The notes: a model not told the origin generated them from the letters alone. A stretch of DNA of 64,000 nucleotides from an uncultured Gemmatimonadales bacterium (GCA_963783385.1 CAWANJ010000009.1:256001-320000); one strand, 5' to 3'. Shown: positions 22,701 through 32,706, counted from the first letter of the stretch. Translations and numbers: made by a program.

Positions 22701-23551
22701 CCGACGCCACGGCGGACCGGCCCGGGGGGCGCCGAGCGAGCCGACCGTCGTCCGGGCGGCGGGCCCGTTCGGTGCGCGGCCGGCGCCGACGTCGCGCGGT
22801 GCTGGTGCTTCCCAGCGCGTTCACCCTCGGCAACCTGTTCTTCGGCTTCTGGTCGGTGATCTCCTCCTTCCGCGGGCAGTTCGACCTGGCCGCCTGGCTG
22901 GTCATGATCGCGGCCGTGTTCGACTGGCTGGACGGGCGAGTGGCGCACCTGTCGGCCGGAGACAGCACCTTCGGTGGAGAGCTGGATTCCCTGGTCGATC
23001 TGGTGAGCTTCGGGATGGCGCCGGCGATCCTCACCTACGCCGCCTTCCTGCGCGAGGAGTGGTCGTGGCTCATTTGCGGGGCCTTCGTCGGCGCCATGGC
23101 CGTGCGACTGGCTCGCTTCAACGTCGAGCAGGCCGGGGGCGCGAAACGGTACTTCCTGGGGCTGCCCTCACCGGCGGCGGGAGCGTTACTCGCCATGCTC
23201 TACCCGTTCAGCACCACCGCCCTCTTTCAGCGGCGGCTGGCGGGGTGGCCATGGGCGACGATCGTGCCGGTCTCGGTGGTGGCGCTGGCGGTCCTCATGG
23301 TGAGCCACGTACCCTACGCCGCCCTGCGCCCCGGACTGCGCGGTCGCAGGGCGAGGCTCGGCCTGGCCGGACTGGTCGTGGCGCTCGTGCTGGTCGCCGT
23401 GGCGCCGGAGGAGACGCTGTTCCCGATCCTGGCGTTCTACGTGGTGTTCGGGTTCGCCAAGGCCCTGGGCATGGGACTGGTCGATCGGCTCGCCGGCCGC
23501 GCCGAGGTGGAGGCCGAGCTCTCCGGCAGCGAAGGGGAGGCGGACGCATGA
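22697..23551 (+). CDS. pssA: CDP-diacylglycerol-serine O-phosphatidyltransferase
   Basis: LPSAFTLGNL, D.LDGRVA..S.FG.ELDSL.D.VSFG.APA, RLARFN, FLGLPSPAA. Confidence 0.9.
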   Translation: MTDATADRPGGRRASRPSSGRRARSVRGRRRRRAVLVLPSAFTLGNLFFGFWSVISSFRGQFDLAAWLVMIAAVFDWLDGRVAHLSAGDSTFGGELDSLVDLVSFGMAPAILTYAAFLREEWSWLICGAFVGAMAVRLARFNVEQAGGAKRYFLGLPSPAAGALLAMLYPFSTTALFQRRLAGWPWATIVPVSVVALAVLMVSHVPYAALRPGLRGRRARLGLAGLVVALVLVAVAPEETLFPILAFYVVFGFAKALGMGLVDRLAGRAEVEAELSGSEGEADA

Positions 23552-25098
23552 CCGTGGAGGAGTCGATGACGATCGAGGACGCCCGGGACGGCGCGGCGGA
23601 CGGACCGTGCGCGTCGGGCACGGATGCGGCCCCGCCCGCCCTCGTCTCCACCATGCTGAGGTTCTCCGGCGAGGTCACGACAAAATCGAGAGGCACCCGG
23701 GTGCGCTTCCAGCGGCGTCTGGCGAGCAACCTCGAAGAGGCGCTCGCGGCGCATGGACTGCGAGGGGAGGTGGAGGCGGATTGGAGCCGCATGTATATCG
23801 CGGGGGAGGAGGGCCTGCTCGACGTCCTGCCCCGGGTATTCGGCGTGAGCTCCTTCTCGTCGATCGAGGGCGCGTGTCCGGCGCGGCTCGACGCGATCGT
23901 GGAGCTTGGACGGAAGCTGTTTGCCGACCGGGTGAAGGGACGGCGGTACGCCGTGAACGCGCGCCGCAGCGGCCACCACGACTTCAGCTCCTACGACGTG
24001 CAGAGGGAGCTGGGCGCGGCGCTCAATCCAGGGGCCGTCGTCGATCTGGACGATCCGGAGGTCGAGGTGCGGGTGGAGGTGCGCGACGAAACGGCCCGGC
24101 TGTTCTCCGAGCGTCGCTCCGGGGCGGGGGGATTGCCGCTGGGAGTGCAGGGACGCGCCATCGCTCTCCTGTCGGGGGGATACGACTCGGCCGTGGCGGC
24201 CTGGATGGCCCTGAGGCGCGGCATCGAGCTCGACTACGTGTTCTGCAACCTCGGAGGCGGAGCGTACCGGCGCATGGTCACCGAGGTGGCCCTCGTTCTC
24301 GCCCGGCGCTGGAGCTACGGTACGCGACCCACCCTGCACGTCCTCGACTTCGGAGAGGTCGTCGAAGCCATGCGTCGTGACGTCCGTCCGTCCTACCTGC
24401 AGGTGGTCCTCAAGCGCCTCATGTACCGGGCGGCGTGCAGCGTGGCCTCCCGGTGCGGGGCCAATGCGGTGGTCACGGGAGAGGCGGTCGGCCAGGTGTC
24501 CTCGCAGACACTCGCCAATCTCCGGGCCATCAATGGGGCCTCCGACCTTCCGGTCCTGCGGCCCCTGATCGGGTTCGACAAGCTGGAGATCATCGAACGC
24601 GCGCGCGCGATCGGCACCTACGACCTGTCGTCCCGCATCAGGGAGTACTGCGCGCTGGTGCCCGAGCACCCCGTGACGGCGGCGACGCCCGAACGGGTGG
24701 AGGCCCAGGAGGGTCGGCTCGATCCATCGGTCCTCCAGGCTGCCCTGGCGGGTCACGATCGGCTCGATCTCCGCTCGATCGGCCCGCGAGAGGTCGTCAC
24801 GGCCAACCTCTTCCTGGACCGGGTGCCCGACGACGCCGTGGTGCTCGATCTGCGCGCGCCGGAGGAGTACCGGACATGGCACTGGCCCGGGGCCCTGCTG
24901 CGCGATGAGGAAGAGCTGTCGCGCGGGCCCTCGGGGTTGGACCGAGAACGCCCGTATCTCCTGTACTGCGAGGCCGGCACGAGGAGCGCGCACGCCGCGG
25001 AGCGTCTCCAGCGCGAGGGTATCGAGGCGTACAGTTTCCGGGGCGGAGCCCCGGCTCTGCGTCGGCGTGAGGTGGCGGTCTCCCGGGGGGGCGCGTGA
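23548..25098 (+). CDS. thiI: tRNA 4-thiouridine synthase ThiI with C-terminal rhodanese domain
   Basis: GE.TTKS, THUMP domain, GGLPLG, SGGYDS PP-loop, GEAVGQVSSQT, EYC, YCEAGTRS. Confidence 0.9.
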   Translation: MTVEESMTIEDARDGAADGPCASGTDAAPPALVSTMLRFSGEVTTKSRGTRVRFQRRLASNLEEALAAHGLRGEVEADWSRMYIAGEEGLLDVLPRVFGVSSFSSIEGACPARLDAIVELGRKLFADRVKGRRYAVNARRSGHHDFSSYDVQRELGAALNPGAVVDLDDPEVEVRVEVRDETARLFSERRSGAGGLPLGVQGRAIALLSGGYDSAVAAWMALRRGIELDYVFCNLGGGAYRRMVTEVALVLARRWSYGTRPTLHVLDFGEVVEAMRRDVRPSYLQVVLKRLMYRAACSVASRCGANAVVTGEAVGQVSSQTLANLRAINGASDLPVLRPLIGFDKLEIIERARAIGTYDLSSRIREYCALVPEHPVTAATPERVEAQEGRLDPSVLQAALAGHDRLDLRSIGPREVVTANLFLDRVPDDAVVLDLRAPEEYRTWHWPGALLRDEEELSRGPSGLDRERPYLLYCEAGTRSAHAAERLQREGIEAYSFRGGAPALRRREVAVSRGGA

Positions 25099-25856
25099 GG
25101 GCCGGGGCGTCGGCGGTCGAAAGCGCCGCGGAGCTGCTGGCCGCCGTGCGCGCGGGAGGCGGCCCTCCCGCGCACGTGGCCGTGATCATGGATGGCAACG
25201 GCCGTTGGGCACACGAGCACGGGCTGGCGCGCTGGGAGGGACACCGCGAGGGGATGGCGGCGGTGCGCGAGACGGTCGAAGGAGCGCTGGAGGCGGGCCT
25301 GGCGCACCTCACCCTGTACGCCTTCTCGAGCGAGAACTGGTCGCGTCCCGACGAGGAGGTGGCCGCCCTCATGGACCTCCTGCAGGAGTTCGTGGACAGC
25401 GAGAAGGAGGAGCTGCGCAGGAACGGCGTGCGCGTGCGGGTATTCGGTGAGCTGGACCGCCTGTCCGAGTTGGCACGTGCGGCGGTCCGCGACCTCGAAG
25501 ACCACACCCGCGACGTGGACCGCATGCAGCTCCACCTGGCGATCAGCTACGGCTCGCGGCAGGAGATCGTCGCGGCGGTCCGCGCTCTGGCGGCCGAGGT
25601 CGCGCGAGGCGCGCTGCGGCCCGAGGCGATCGACGAGGCGCGGTTCGCCGGGGCGCTGTACACGTCGGAGTGGCCCGATCCCGACCTCCTCATCCGCACG
25701 TCGGGAGAGATGCGGATCTCGAACTTCCTCCTGTGGCAGATCGCCTACGCGGAGATTCACGTGACCGACGTCCTGTGGCCGGACTTCGATCGCGCCGACC
25801 TGTTCCGGGCGATCCTCGACTTCCAGGGCCGCGAGCGGAGGTTCGGGGGTGTCTGA
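25095..25856 (+). CDS. uppS: Undecaprenyl diphosphate synthase
   Basis: HVAVIMDGNGRWA, AFSSENWSRP, RTSGEMRISNFLLWQ. Confidence 0.96.
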   Translation: MRAGASAVESAAELLAAVRAGGGPPAHVAVIMDGNGRWAHEHGLARWEGHREGMAAVRETVEGALEAGLAHLTLYAFSSENWSRPDEEVAALMDLLQEFVDSEKEELRRNGVRVRVFGELDRLSELARAAVRDLEDHTRDVDRMQLHLAISYGSRQEIVAAVRALAAEVARGALRPEAIDEARFAGALYTSEWPDPDLLIRTSGEMRISNFLLWQIAYAEIHVTDVLWPDFDRADLFRAILDFQGRERRFGGV

Positions 25857-26787
25857 CGCCGCGGGAAGTCCGTCGGAGATCGCGGCGACGGCCCGGACGC
25901 CGTCGTCCGCGCGGAGTCCCGGGACGAGCGGAGGCCGCGGCGGGGGGGAGCTTGGTATGCGCCTCGTGGTCGCCGGACTGGGGATCCCGGTGTGCGTCGC
26001 GGTGGTGTGGGCCGGAGGGCTCGTGTTCGCGGTAGGTCTGGCGATCCTGGCCGGGGTCGGCATGGGGGAGTACGTGGCCATGTTCCGGTCCAGGGCCTCG
26101 CGGATCGGCGATGCGACCGGCCTTCCGTTCCGCGTCTTCGGCGTCATCGCGGCGGCGTGCCTTCCGCTGGTGGCCTACACCCTGGGGCTGCAGGCGACCT
26201 GGGCGGCCGTGCCCGTGCTCCTTCTCGCGGCGGGCGCCTACGCGCTGGCAATGCGGCCCCCGGAACGCGGGCCGATCGCGGCGGCGTCGCTCACGGTGTT
26301 CGGGGCCGTCTACCTGGGCGGCCTCCTGGCCTTCGGAGTCCCCCTGCGGCAGGCGCCCGGCACGGGCCGGCTCGCCGGGACGCTCCTGTTCTTCCTGCCG
26401 GTGGTGGTGACCTGGCTCGCCGACACGGCCGCTTACTTCGGCGGTCGGAGGTGGGGGCGAAGGAAGCTCGCGCCCCTGGTCAGCCCCAACAAGACCGTGG
26501 TCGGCGCCGTATCGGCGGTGGTGGCCGGCCCTCTGGTCGCCGTGGCGTATGGTGCGCTGCTGGCGCCACTCGGCGGGCTGCGGCTGGACCCGCTCCTCAC
26601 CGTCCTGTTCGGCCTCGCCGCGGCCGTCGCCGGGATCATCGGGGACCTGGTCGAGTCCCTGGTCAAGCGGGAGTGCGGGGTCAAGGATGCCTCGCGCATC
26701 CTCCCGGGGCACGGCGGGATCCTGGATCGGCTGGACTCGCTGCTGTGGGTCTTCCCGGTGGCCTACCTGTTCTTCGTGGCGAGCTGA
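25849..26787 (+). CDS. cdsA: Phosphatidate cytidylyltransferase
   Basis: DTAAYFGG, SPNKT, GDLVESLVKR, LPGHGGILDRLDS. Confidence 0.93.
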   Translation: MSDAAGSPSEIAATARTPSSARSPGTSGGRGGGELGMRLVVAGLGIPVCVAVVWAGGLVFAVGLAILAGVGMGEYVAMFRSRASRIGDATGLPFRVFGVIAAACLPLVAYTLGLQATWAAVPVLLLAAGAYALAMRPPERGPIAAASLTVFGAVYLGGLLAFGVPLRQAPGTGRLAGTLLFFLPVVVTWLADTAAYFGGRRWGRRKLAPLVSPNKTVVGAVSAVVAGPLVAVAYGALLAPLGGLRLDPLLTVLFGLAAAVAGIIGDLVESLVKRECGVKDASRILPGHGGILDRLDSLLWVFPVAYLFFVAS

Positions 26788-26796
26788 AGGGCGCCC

Positions 26797-27957
26797 GTGC
26801 GCGGCGTCGTCATCCTCGGTGCCACGGGCTCGATCGGCCGCTCCACGCTGCGCGTCATCGGTCGCCATCCGCACCTCTTCCGCGCCGTGGCGCTCACGGC
26901 CCGTCGCGATGCGGCGGGGCTCGACGCGCTGGCCTGCGAGCTGGACCCGGAGTTCGTAGTGCTGGCGGAGGAGCCGGATGCCTCCTTCCGGCCCCGCTGG
27001 CGAGGCGAGTGGCGCGTGGGACGCGAGGCCCTGGTCGCGGCCGCCTCGGCCCCCGGGAGCGATGTGGTGGTGAACGGGCTGGTCGGGGTGGCCGGGCTCG
27101 AGCCCACGATCGCGGCACTCGAGGCGGGTCGCAGGCTCGCACTGGCCAACAAGGAGTCACTGGTGGCCGGCGGTGCGCTGGTCATGGAAGCGCTGCGGCG
27201 GGGAGGAGGCGAGCTCCTTCCCGTGGACAGCGAGCACGGCGCGGTGCACCAGTGCCTGGCAGGTCGGCCGGTCGAAGAGGTCCGACGCGTCGTGCTCACC
27301 GCGTCGGGAGGGCCCTTCCGCACCCTGCCGGCGGAGCGCTTCCACGAGGTGGGCCCGACGGACGCGCTCGAGCATCCCACGTGGGATATGGGCGCCAAAA
27401 TCACGGTGGACTCGGCGACGCTGGCCAACAAGGCGCTGGAGGTCATCGAGGCCCACCACCTGTTCGGGCTGCCCTACGACAGGATCGACGTGGTGGTCCA
27501 TCCCGACTCGATCGTGCACTCGATGGTCGAGTTCCGGGATGGCTCGGTTCTAGCACAGATGGGCCGACCGACCATGGAGGTGCCCATCCTGTACGCGCTC
27601 GCCTACCCGGATCGGCCAGCCGAGGAACGGCCGCTGTTCGATCCGGTGGCGGCCAGTCCGCTGACCTTCGAACGTCCGAGGAGGGAGGACTTCCCACTCT
27701 TCGGGATCGGGGTGGACGCCGGCCGGGAGGGCGGGGTCGTGCCGGCGGCCTTCAATGCCGCCAACGAGGTGGCCGTGGCCGCGTTCCTCGAGGGAGCGCT
27801 GGCCTTTCCGGACATCGCGGAGGTGGTGAGCGTGAGCCTGGAGCGCCTGGATCGAACGCCGCTCGAAACGCTGGCCGACGTGCGGCGGGCCGACCGGGAG
27901 GCCCGCCGGCTGGCGTCCGGAGAGGTCGAGCGCCGCGCGCGGAGTCGTTCGGCGTGA
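26797..27957 (+). CDS. dxr: 1-deoxy-D-xylulose-5-phosphate reductoisomerase
   Basis: GATGSIG, LANKESLV, PVDSEH, HPTWDMGAKITVDSAT, NAANE. Confidence 0.96.
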   Translation: MRGVVILGATGSIGRSTLRVIGRHPHLFRAVALTARRDAAGLDALACELDPEFVVLAEEPDASFRPRWRGEWRVGREALVAAASAPGSDVVVNGLVGVAGLEPTIAALEAGRRLALANKESLVAGGALVMEALRRGGGELLPVDSEHGAVHQCLAGRPVEEVRRVVLTASGGPFRTLPAERFHEVGPTDALEHPTWDMGAKITVDSATLANKALEVIEAHHLFGLPYDRIDVVVHPDSIVHSMVEFRDGSVLAQMGRPTMEVPILYALAYPDRPAEERPLFDPVAASPLTFERPRREDFPLFGIGVDAGREGGVVPAAFNAANEVAVAAFLEGALAFPDIAEVVSVSLERLDRTPLETLADVRRADREARRLASGEVERRARSRSA

Positions 27958-28000
27958 GGACGGTCGCACGGAGACCGGTGGGGGAGGGGAGGAGACGGAC

Positions 28001-29383
28001 GTGCTGACAACCCTGCTGGCCACGGGCATCGTGCTCGGCGTGCTCATCTTCGTGCACGAGCTGGGACACTTCGCCGCGGCGAAGCTCGTGGACATCGAAG
28101 TCCCGCGCTTCTCCATCGGCATGGGGCCCAAAGCGGTCGGCTTCCGATGGGGCGAGACCGAGTACGTCCTCTCGTGGCTGCCGCTGGGCGGCTACGTGAA
28201 GATGGCGGGCATGGGCGAGGAAGAGGCGTTCGAGGGCCTCGAAGGGGGACCGGAGGAGGGGAGCGAGCACCGCGAGCCCTCGGAGCGGGACTTCGACGCC
28301 AAGCCCCTGCCGGCGCGCGCACTCGTCATCTCGGCCGGCGTCATCATGAACGGGCTGTTCGCGGTGGTGGCCTTCACGGCCATCGCGGCCATCTGGGGCG
28401 TGCCGCCCGTGCCACGCTCCCGGCTGGGCGGGGTCGACGAGGCCGCGCTGCCACCGGGGACGTTCGCTCTCGCCCGGGTCCCCAGCGGCAGCGATATCGA
28501 CTCGATCGACGGAAAGGCCGTGCAGAACTGGAACGATCTCACCCTGGCGCTGGCCACGGCCGAGGCGGGCCCGGTGAGGATCCACTTCCGCGACGTCGGT
28601 GCGGTCACCATCCCGATGCCCTCGACCGACTCGCTGCGGAACGCGCTCATCGGTGCGCTCCAGCCGGACCTGACGCTTCCGGCGCTCATATCGGAGGTCC
28701 AGAGCGGCTCTCCGGCCGACTCGGCGGGGTTCGAGGTCGGTGACCGGGTGGTCGAAGCGGCCGGACGGCCCGTCAGCGGCTGGCAGGCTTTCGTCCAGAT
28801 CATCAAGGAGCGACCGGGTGAGAGGCTGCCGGTCGTGATCGAGCGGGACGGCAGCAGGGTGTCGCTGACCGCGGTTCCGGAGCCCCGTTCCGTCACGGCC
28901 GGCGACGACACGCTCCGCTTCGGCTACCTGGGCGTGGGCTTGAGCAGCGGCGTGCTGGCCCGGGAGCTCGCGCCCGTGCGGGTGGGACCGCTCGAAACCG
29001 TCCAGGTGGGGCTCTCGGAGACGTGGCGCTGGATCCGGACGACCGTGGACGTGGTCGTCGGTCTCGTGACCCGAACGGTGTCGACTCGCAGCCTCGGCGG
29101 GCCCATCCTGATCGGGAAGATCAGCGGTCAGGCGGCCCGCATGGGGCTGTCGGCCCTCCTCCGCTTCATGGCCATCCTGTCGATCAACCTGGCCATCCTG
29201 AACCTCATGCCGATCCCCGTCCTGGACGGGGGACACCTCATGTTCCTGGCCATCGAGGGCGTGCGCGGACGGCCCCTCAGCCTGGACACGCGGCTGCGGT
29301 GGACGCGGGTGGGCCTGTTCATCGTGGCGGCGATCATGATCTGGGCGATCGCCAGCGACGCCCTCCGGCTGTTCGGGGGCTGA
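28001..29383 (+). CDS. rseP: RIP metalloprotease RseP
   Basis: HELGH, PLGGYVKM, two PDZ-like segments, NLMPIPVLDGG. Confidence 0.94.
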   Translation: MLTTLLATGIVLGVLIFVHELGHFAAAKLVDIEVPRFSIGMGPKAVGFRWGETEYVLSWLPLGGYVKMAGMGEEEAFEGLEGGPEEGSEHREPSERDFDAKPLPARALVISAGVIMNGLFAVVAFTAIAAIWGVPPVPRSRLGGVDEAALPPGTFALARVPSGSDIDSIDGKAVQNWNDLTLALATAEAGPVRIHFRDVGAVTIPMPSTDSLRNALIGALQPDLTLPALISEVQSGSPADSAGFEVGDRVVEAAGRPVSGWQAFVQIIKERPGERLPVVIERDGSRVSLTAVPEPRSVTAGDDTLRFGYLGVGLSSGVLARELAPVRVGPLETVQVGLSETWRWIRTTVDVVVGLVTRTVSTRSLGGPILIGKISGQAARMGLSALLRFMAILSINLAILNLMPIPVLDGGHLMFLAIEGVRGRPLSLDTRLRWTRVGLFIVAAIMIWAIASDALRLFGG

Positions 29384-29396
29384 GGCTCCCTCCCGA

Positions 29397-30236
29397 TCAG
29401 CGCCGGGCGGCCCGGAACAGGTCCAGTTGCGGGCCGCGGCCGGCACGGGCGACGAGGCCGGGAAGGTCGAACAGCGGGGTAGGGTCGTCCTGGTCGGCCA
29501 CGTGTACGGCACCCTTCCAGCCGCGGGCGTGCAGCGCCCCGGCCACGATCCCGCGGGCCCGCTCGGGGTCGTTGCACTCCTGGCTCAGGTGCGCCAGGAG
29601 GATCCCGCACAGGCCCGGGTGCAGGAGCTCGACGGCCAGCTCGGCCGCCATCCGGTTGGACAGGTGGCCGCGGCTGCCGCCAATGCGCTCCTTGATCGCC
29701 CAGGGGTAGGGGCCCTCGCGCAGCAGCACCTCGTCGTGGTTGGCCTCCAGGACCAGGAAGTGGCAGCCGGCGAGGGCGGCTCGCACGCCCGTGGTGGGTC
29801 GGCCCAGGTCCGTGGCGACCCCCAGCTTCAGGCCCGACTCCCCACCGGTCACCGTGACGGCCAGCGGATCGGCGGCATCGTGGCAGGTGAGGAAGGAGGT
29901 CACCCGGAGGGCCCCCACCTCGAAGCGTGCTCCGGCCTCGAAGGTCCGAACCTCCTCCTGCCCGCGGAGCAGGGAGGCACACGCGACACGCGTGGCCGGG
30001 CTCATGAACAGCGGCCACCCCCAACGCCGCGCCGCCACGCCCGCCCCGGCGGTGTGGTCCCGGTGGTCGTGGGTGACGATCACGGCGTCGATGCCGCCCG
30101 GGTCCACTCCCAGCGCTTCCAGGCGCCGGGCCAGCTGCGCGCCGCTGAACCCCGCGTCCACCAGGACCCGCGTCCCGGCCTCCTCGACGTACAGGGCGTT
30201 GCCCCGGCTGCCGCTTCCGAGGCTGGCGACCCTCAC
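29397..30236 (-). CDS. MBL-fold hydrolase, YycJ/WalJ-like
   Basis: SLGSGSRGNA, THDHRDH, HDAADP, TDLG, EANHD, GHLSN, AHLS. Confidence 0.88.
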   Translation of the reverse strand: MRVASLGSGSRGNALYVEEAGTRVLVDAGFSGAQLARRLEALGVDPGGIDAVIVTHDHRDHTAGAGVAARRWGWPLFMSPATRVACASLLRGQEEVRTFEAGARFEVGALRVTSFLTCHDAADPLAVTVTGGESGLKLGVATDLGRPTTGVRAALAGCHFLVLEANHDEVLLREGPYPWAIKERIGGSRGHLSNRMAAELAVELLHPGLCGILLAHLSQECNDPERARGIVAGALHARGWKGAVHVADQDDPTPLFDLPGLVARAGRGPQLDLFRAARR

Positions 30237-31465
30237 GCATCCCCTCCCGAGCTCGCGGCGTCCCACGCGGCCCCGAGCCACCGGCGGGCGCCCGCGGTGA
30301 GCTCGATCCCCCTCCGCTCCATGACCACGGCGGCCGTCGCCAGGAACGACTCGCGGCGGTAGAGGCCGGCGCCCTCGCCGAACCCCCACGCGAACGGCGG
30401 GACCCACTTGGGCGGACGGCCGGGACCGAACAGGTTGGCGCCGGCACCCAGCATCGTGCCCGTGTCGAGCAGGGTGCCGATGGCCGTCTTGACGTGGTCC
30501 CCCACCAGGCAGCCGAGCTTGAGGAGGCCGGTGTCCACCTCCCGTCCCGGCGGACCCACCCGGACGCTCCCGTAGTTGTTCTTGAGGTCGCTGTTCGTCG
30601 TCCCCGCCCCGAGGTTGATCCAGCGGCCCAGGAGCGCGTGGCCCAGGTGGCCCTCGTGGGCCTTGTTCACCCATCCGACCGCCTGGACGTCCGCCACCTC
30701 TCCGCGGAAGTAGCTGGCCGGCCCCGTGGCGAGACCCGAGATCGCCCCACCCAGAAGGCGGCTTCCCGCCCCGGCCCACACGGGCCCCTCCAGCCGGCAG
30801 CCCGCCCGGACCTGGACGTTCCGTCCCAGTCCCACCGGACCGTGTCGCAGGTCCAGCACCACGCCCGGCTCGATCGCGACCCCCTCCTCGACCAGGAGCG
30901 GCTCCTCGCCCATCCGCCACACGCCGTCCGGCAGCACGTGCTCCTGCGGCATCGAGGCGCCGCGGTCCACCAGGTCGCGCGCCGTGCGCTCGGACCCGAG
31001 CCGGACGATATCCCACGGAGCGGACAGCACCCGGCCTGCGATCTCGCGCTCGGTCGCGCCGGGGAGCCCGCCGGGCCGTGCGAGCCACGCCCCGTCTACG
31101 TTATCGACGCCGGGCGGGAGGTAGCAGCCCACGGCCCGGCCATCCGCGACGAGGATCACGGGGCCGTCGCTCTCCTCCGCGCCTGCGGCGGGTGTCGTCG
31201 CCGCAGGAACGAACCGAGAGCTCACCAGCAGCCGGCCCGAAGTGGGCGGCGGGGCTCCCGGCTCCCGGACCGGAGGTGCTCCGGGTTCCTCGAAGGAGGC
31301 GAGCCACGGACGCGTGACGAGGTGACCGTCCGCGTCCCGGCCGACCCACGACTCGACCCGCTCGCGCAGGAGAAGGGCTCCGAAGCGCAGCTCGCCAATG
31401 GGACGGGTCAGGGAGAAGGGCGCCCACCCGTCGGCGACCGCGTCGTCGAACAGGTACAGCTTCAC
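30233..31465 (-). CDS. Putative sugar nucleotidyltransferase (alternative GlmU-like, FCB type)
   Basis: PFSLTRPIGELRFG N-terminus; LbH region NKAHEGHLGH..LGRWINLGAGTTNSDLKNNY, GDHVKTAIG. Confidence 0.8.
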   Translation of the reverse strand: MKLYLFDDAVADGWAPFSLTRPIGELRFGALLLRERVESWVGRDADGHLVTRPWLASFEEPGAPPVREPGAPPPTSGRLLVSSRFVPAATTPAAGAEESDGPVILVADGRAVGCYLPPGVDNVDGAWLARPGGLPGATEREIAGRVLSAPWDIVRLGSERTARDLVDRGASMPQEHVLPDGVWRMGEEPLLVEEGVAIEPGVVLDLRHGPVGLGRNVQVRAGCRLEGPVWAGAGSRLLGGAISGLATGPASYFRGEVADVQAVGWVNKAHEGHLGHALLGRWINLGAGTTNSDLKNNYGSVRVGPPGREVDTGLLKLGCLVGDHVKTAIGTLLDTGTMLGAGANLFGPGRPPKWVPPFAWGFGEGAGLYRRESFLATAAVVMERRGIELTAGARRWLGAAWDAASSGGDA

Positions 31466-32502
31466 GTCGGCTCCCCGAGCTCGGCGAGCAGCCGCTTGAG
31501 CGCCGGGGCGCGCTCCACGGTGGTGACAAGCGTCTCGCCGCCGCTCCGCACGACGACCAGTCCCTGGACCCCGAACATCGTGATGCGGCCGTCCTCCGAC
31601 CACAGGACGTTGCCCTCTGACTCGATCAGCCGTCCCGGTCCCACGACCACGTTGCCGTGCTCGTCCGCGGGCAGGGTGCGCAGGAGCGCGCTCCACACCC
31701 CGAGATCGTCCCATCCGAAGGTGGCCCGGACGACGCCCACGGCGGGCGCGCGTTCCATGACCCCCACGTCCACGCTCACCGGCTCGACGGCGTCGAAGTA
31801 GCCGTCCACGTCGCCGGCATCCAGCCGATCGAGCGCGGAGGCGATCTCCGGTGTGCGGTCGCGGACGACGTCCAGGAAGTCGGCCACACGCCACACGAAC
31901 AGGCCGGTGTTCCACAGGTAGTCGCCCGAGGCGACGTACCGGGCGGCCCGATCCTGGTCCGGCTTCTCCACGAAGGCGCGTGCCTCGAACGTGCCCTCCC
32001 CGAGCTCGCTTCCGAGGTGCACGTAGCCGTACCCAGTCTCCGGCCGGTCGGGCGGGACCCCCACGCAGTACAGGCGTCCGCCGACCTCGGCGGCCGCGAC
32101 CGCCCGGCGCAGGGTAGCGTCGAACGCCTCCTCGGGTGCGATCCAATGGTCCGCGTGCAGGGAGACCATGACGGCGTCGGGATCCTCCCGGGCGATGGCG
32201 TGCGCCGCCCAGCACAGGGCCGGCCCCGTGCCGCGCGGCTCGGGCTCGGCCATCCACGCGCCCGGCTCCAGCTCCGGTAGTGCCGCCCCGAGAGAGTCGA
32301 GGAGGTGCCGTCCGGCCACGACCCGGACCCGCCCGGGGCCGGCCAGCCGTCGGGCGCGGTGGACGGCCGCCGCCACGAGGGGGACGCCCCCGGCCGCCAG
32401 CGGGAGGAGCTGTTTGGGCCGCTCCGGCCTCGAGGCGGGCCAGAAGCGGGATCCAATGCCGCCGGCCAGGACGACGGCGTGGACCGACGCTTGGGCGGGC
32501 AT
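31462..32502 (-). CDS. manC: Mannose-1-phosphate guanylyltransferase (monofunctional)
   Basis: LAGGIGSRFWPASR..PKQ, EPEPRGT, ADH, ETGYGY, FVEKP, WNTG, WDDLG. Confidence 0.88.
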   Translation of the reverse strand: MPAQASVHAVVLAGGIGSRFWPASRPERPKQLLPLAAGGVPLVAAAVHRARRLAGPGRVRVVAGRHLLDSLGAALPELEPGAWMAEPEPRGTGPALCWAAHAIAREDPDAVMVSLHADHWIAPEEAFDATLRRAVAAAEVGGRLYCVGVPPDRPETGYGYVHLGSELGEGTFEARAFVEKPDQDRAARYVASGDYLWNTGLFVWRVADFLDVVRDRTPEIASALDRLDAGDVDGYFDAVEPVSVDVGVMERAPAVGVVRATFGWDDLGVWSALLRTLPADEHGNVVVGPGRLIESEGNVLWSEDGRITMFGVQGLVVVRSGGETLVTTVERAPALKRLLAELGEPT

Positions 32503-32586
32503 GGACAGCGACCTCGTGGAGGGGGCCCTCGCCGGCCGCCCCGGTGGTCGGGGCCGCCGCGGAGGAGCGGCTCGCGAACGGACCGG

Positions 32587-32615
32587 AAGCTACGCCCGCA
32601 CCCGGGAGGCGTCAA
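32587..32615 (-). promoter_or_regulatory. Sigma70 promoter for the manC operon
   Basis: Minus strand TTGACG (32615-32610), 17 bp spacer, TAGCTT (32592-32587). Confidence 0.6.
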
Positions 32616-32671
32616 GCGGTCGGAGCGCAGGAAAGCCTTGCAGTTAGCGGGTTATCCAGGATCCGGGTTTC

Positions 32672-32700
32672 TTGACACCCGCGGGGTGGCGGCCGATCTT
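32672..32700 (+). promoter_or_regulatory. Sigma70 promoter for the lipoprotein-serS operon
   Basis: TTGACA, 17 bp spacer, GATCTT; divergent from the manC promoter. Confidence 0.55.
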
Positions 32701-32706
32701 CTCCGG

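Noticed and set aside
32630-32660. Weak dyad AAAGCCTTG-N5-AGCGGGTTA between the divergent promoters
   Set aside because: It is too degenerate to support an operator call without comparative data.
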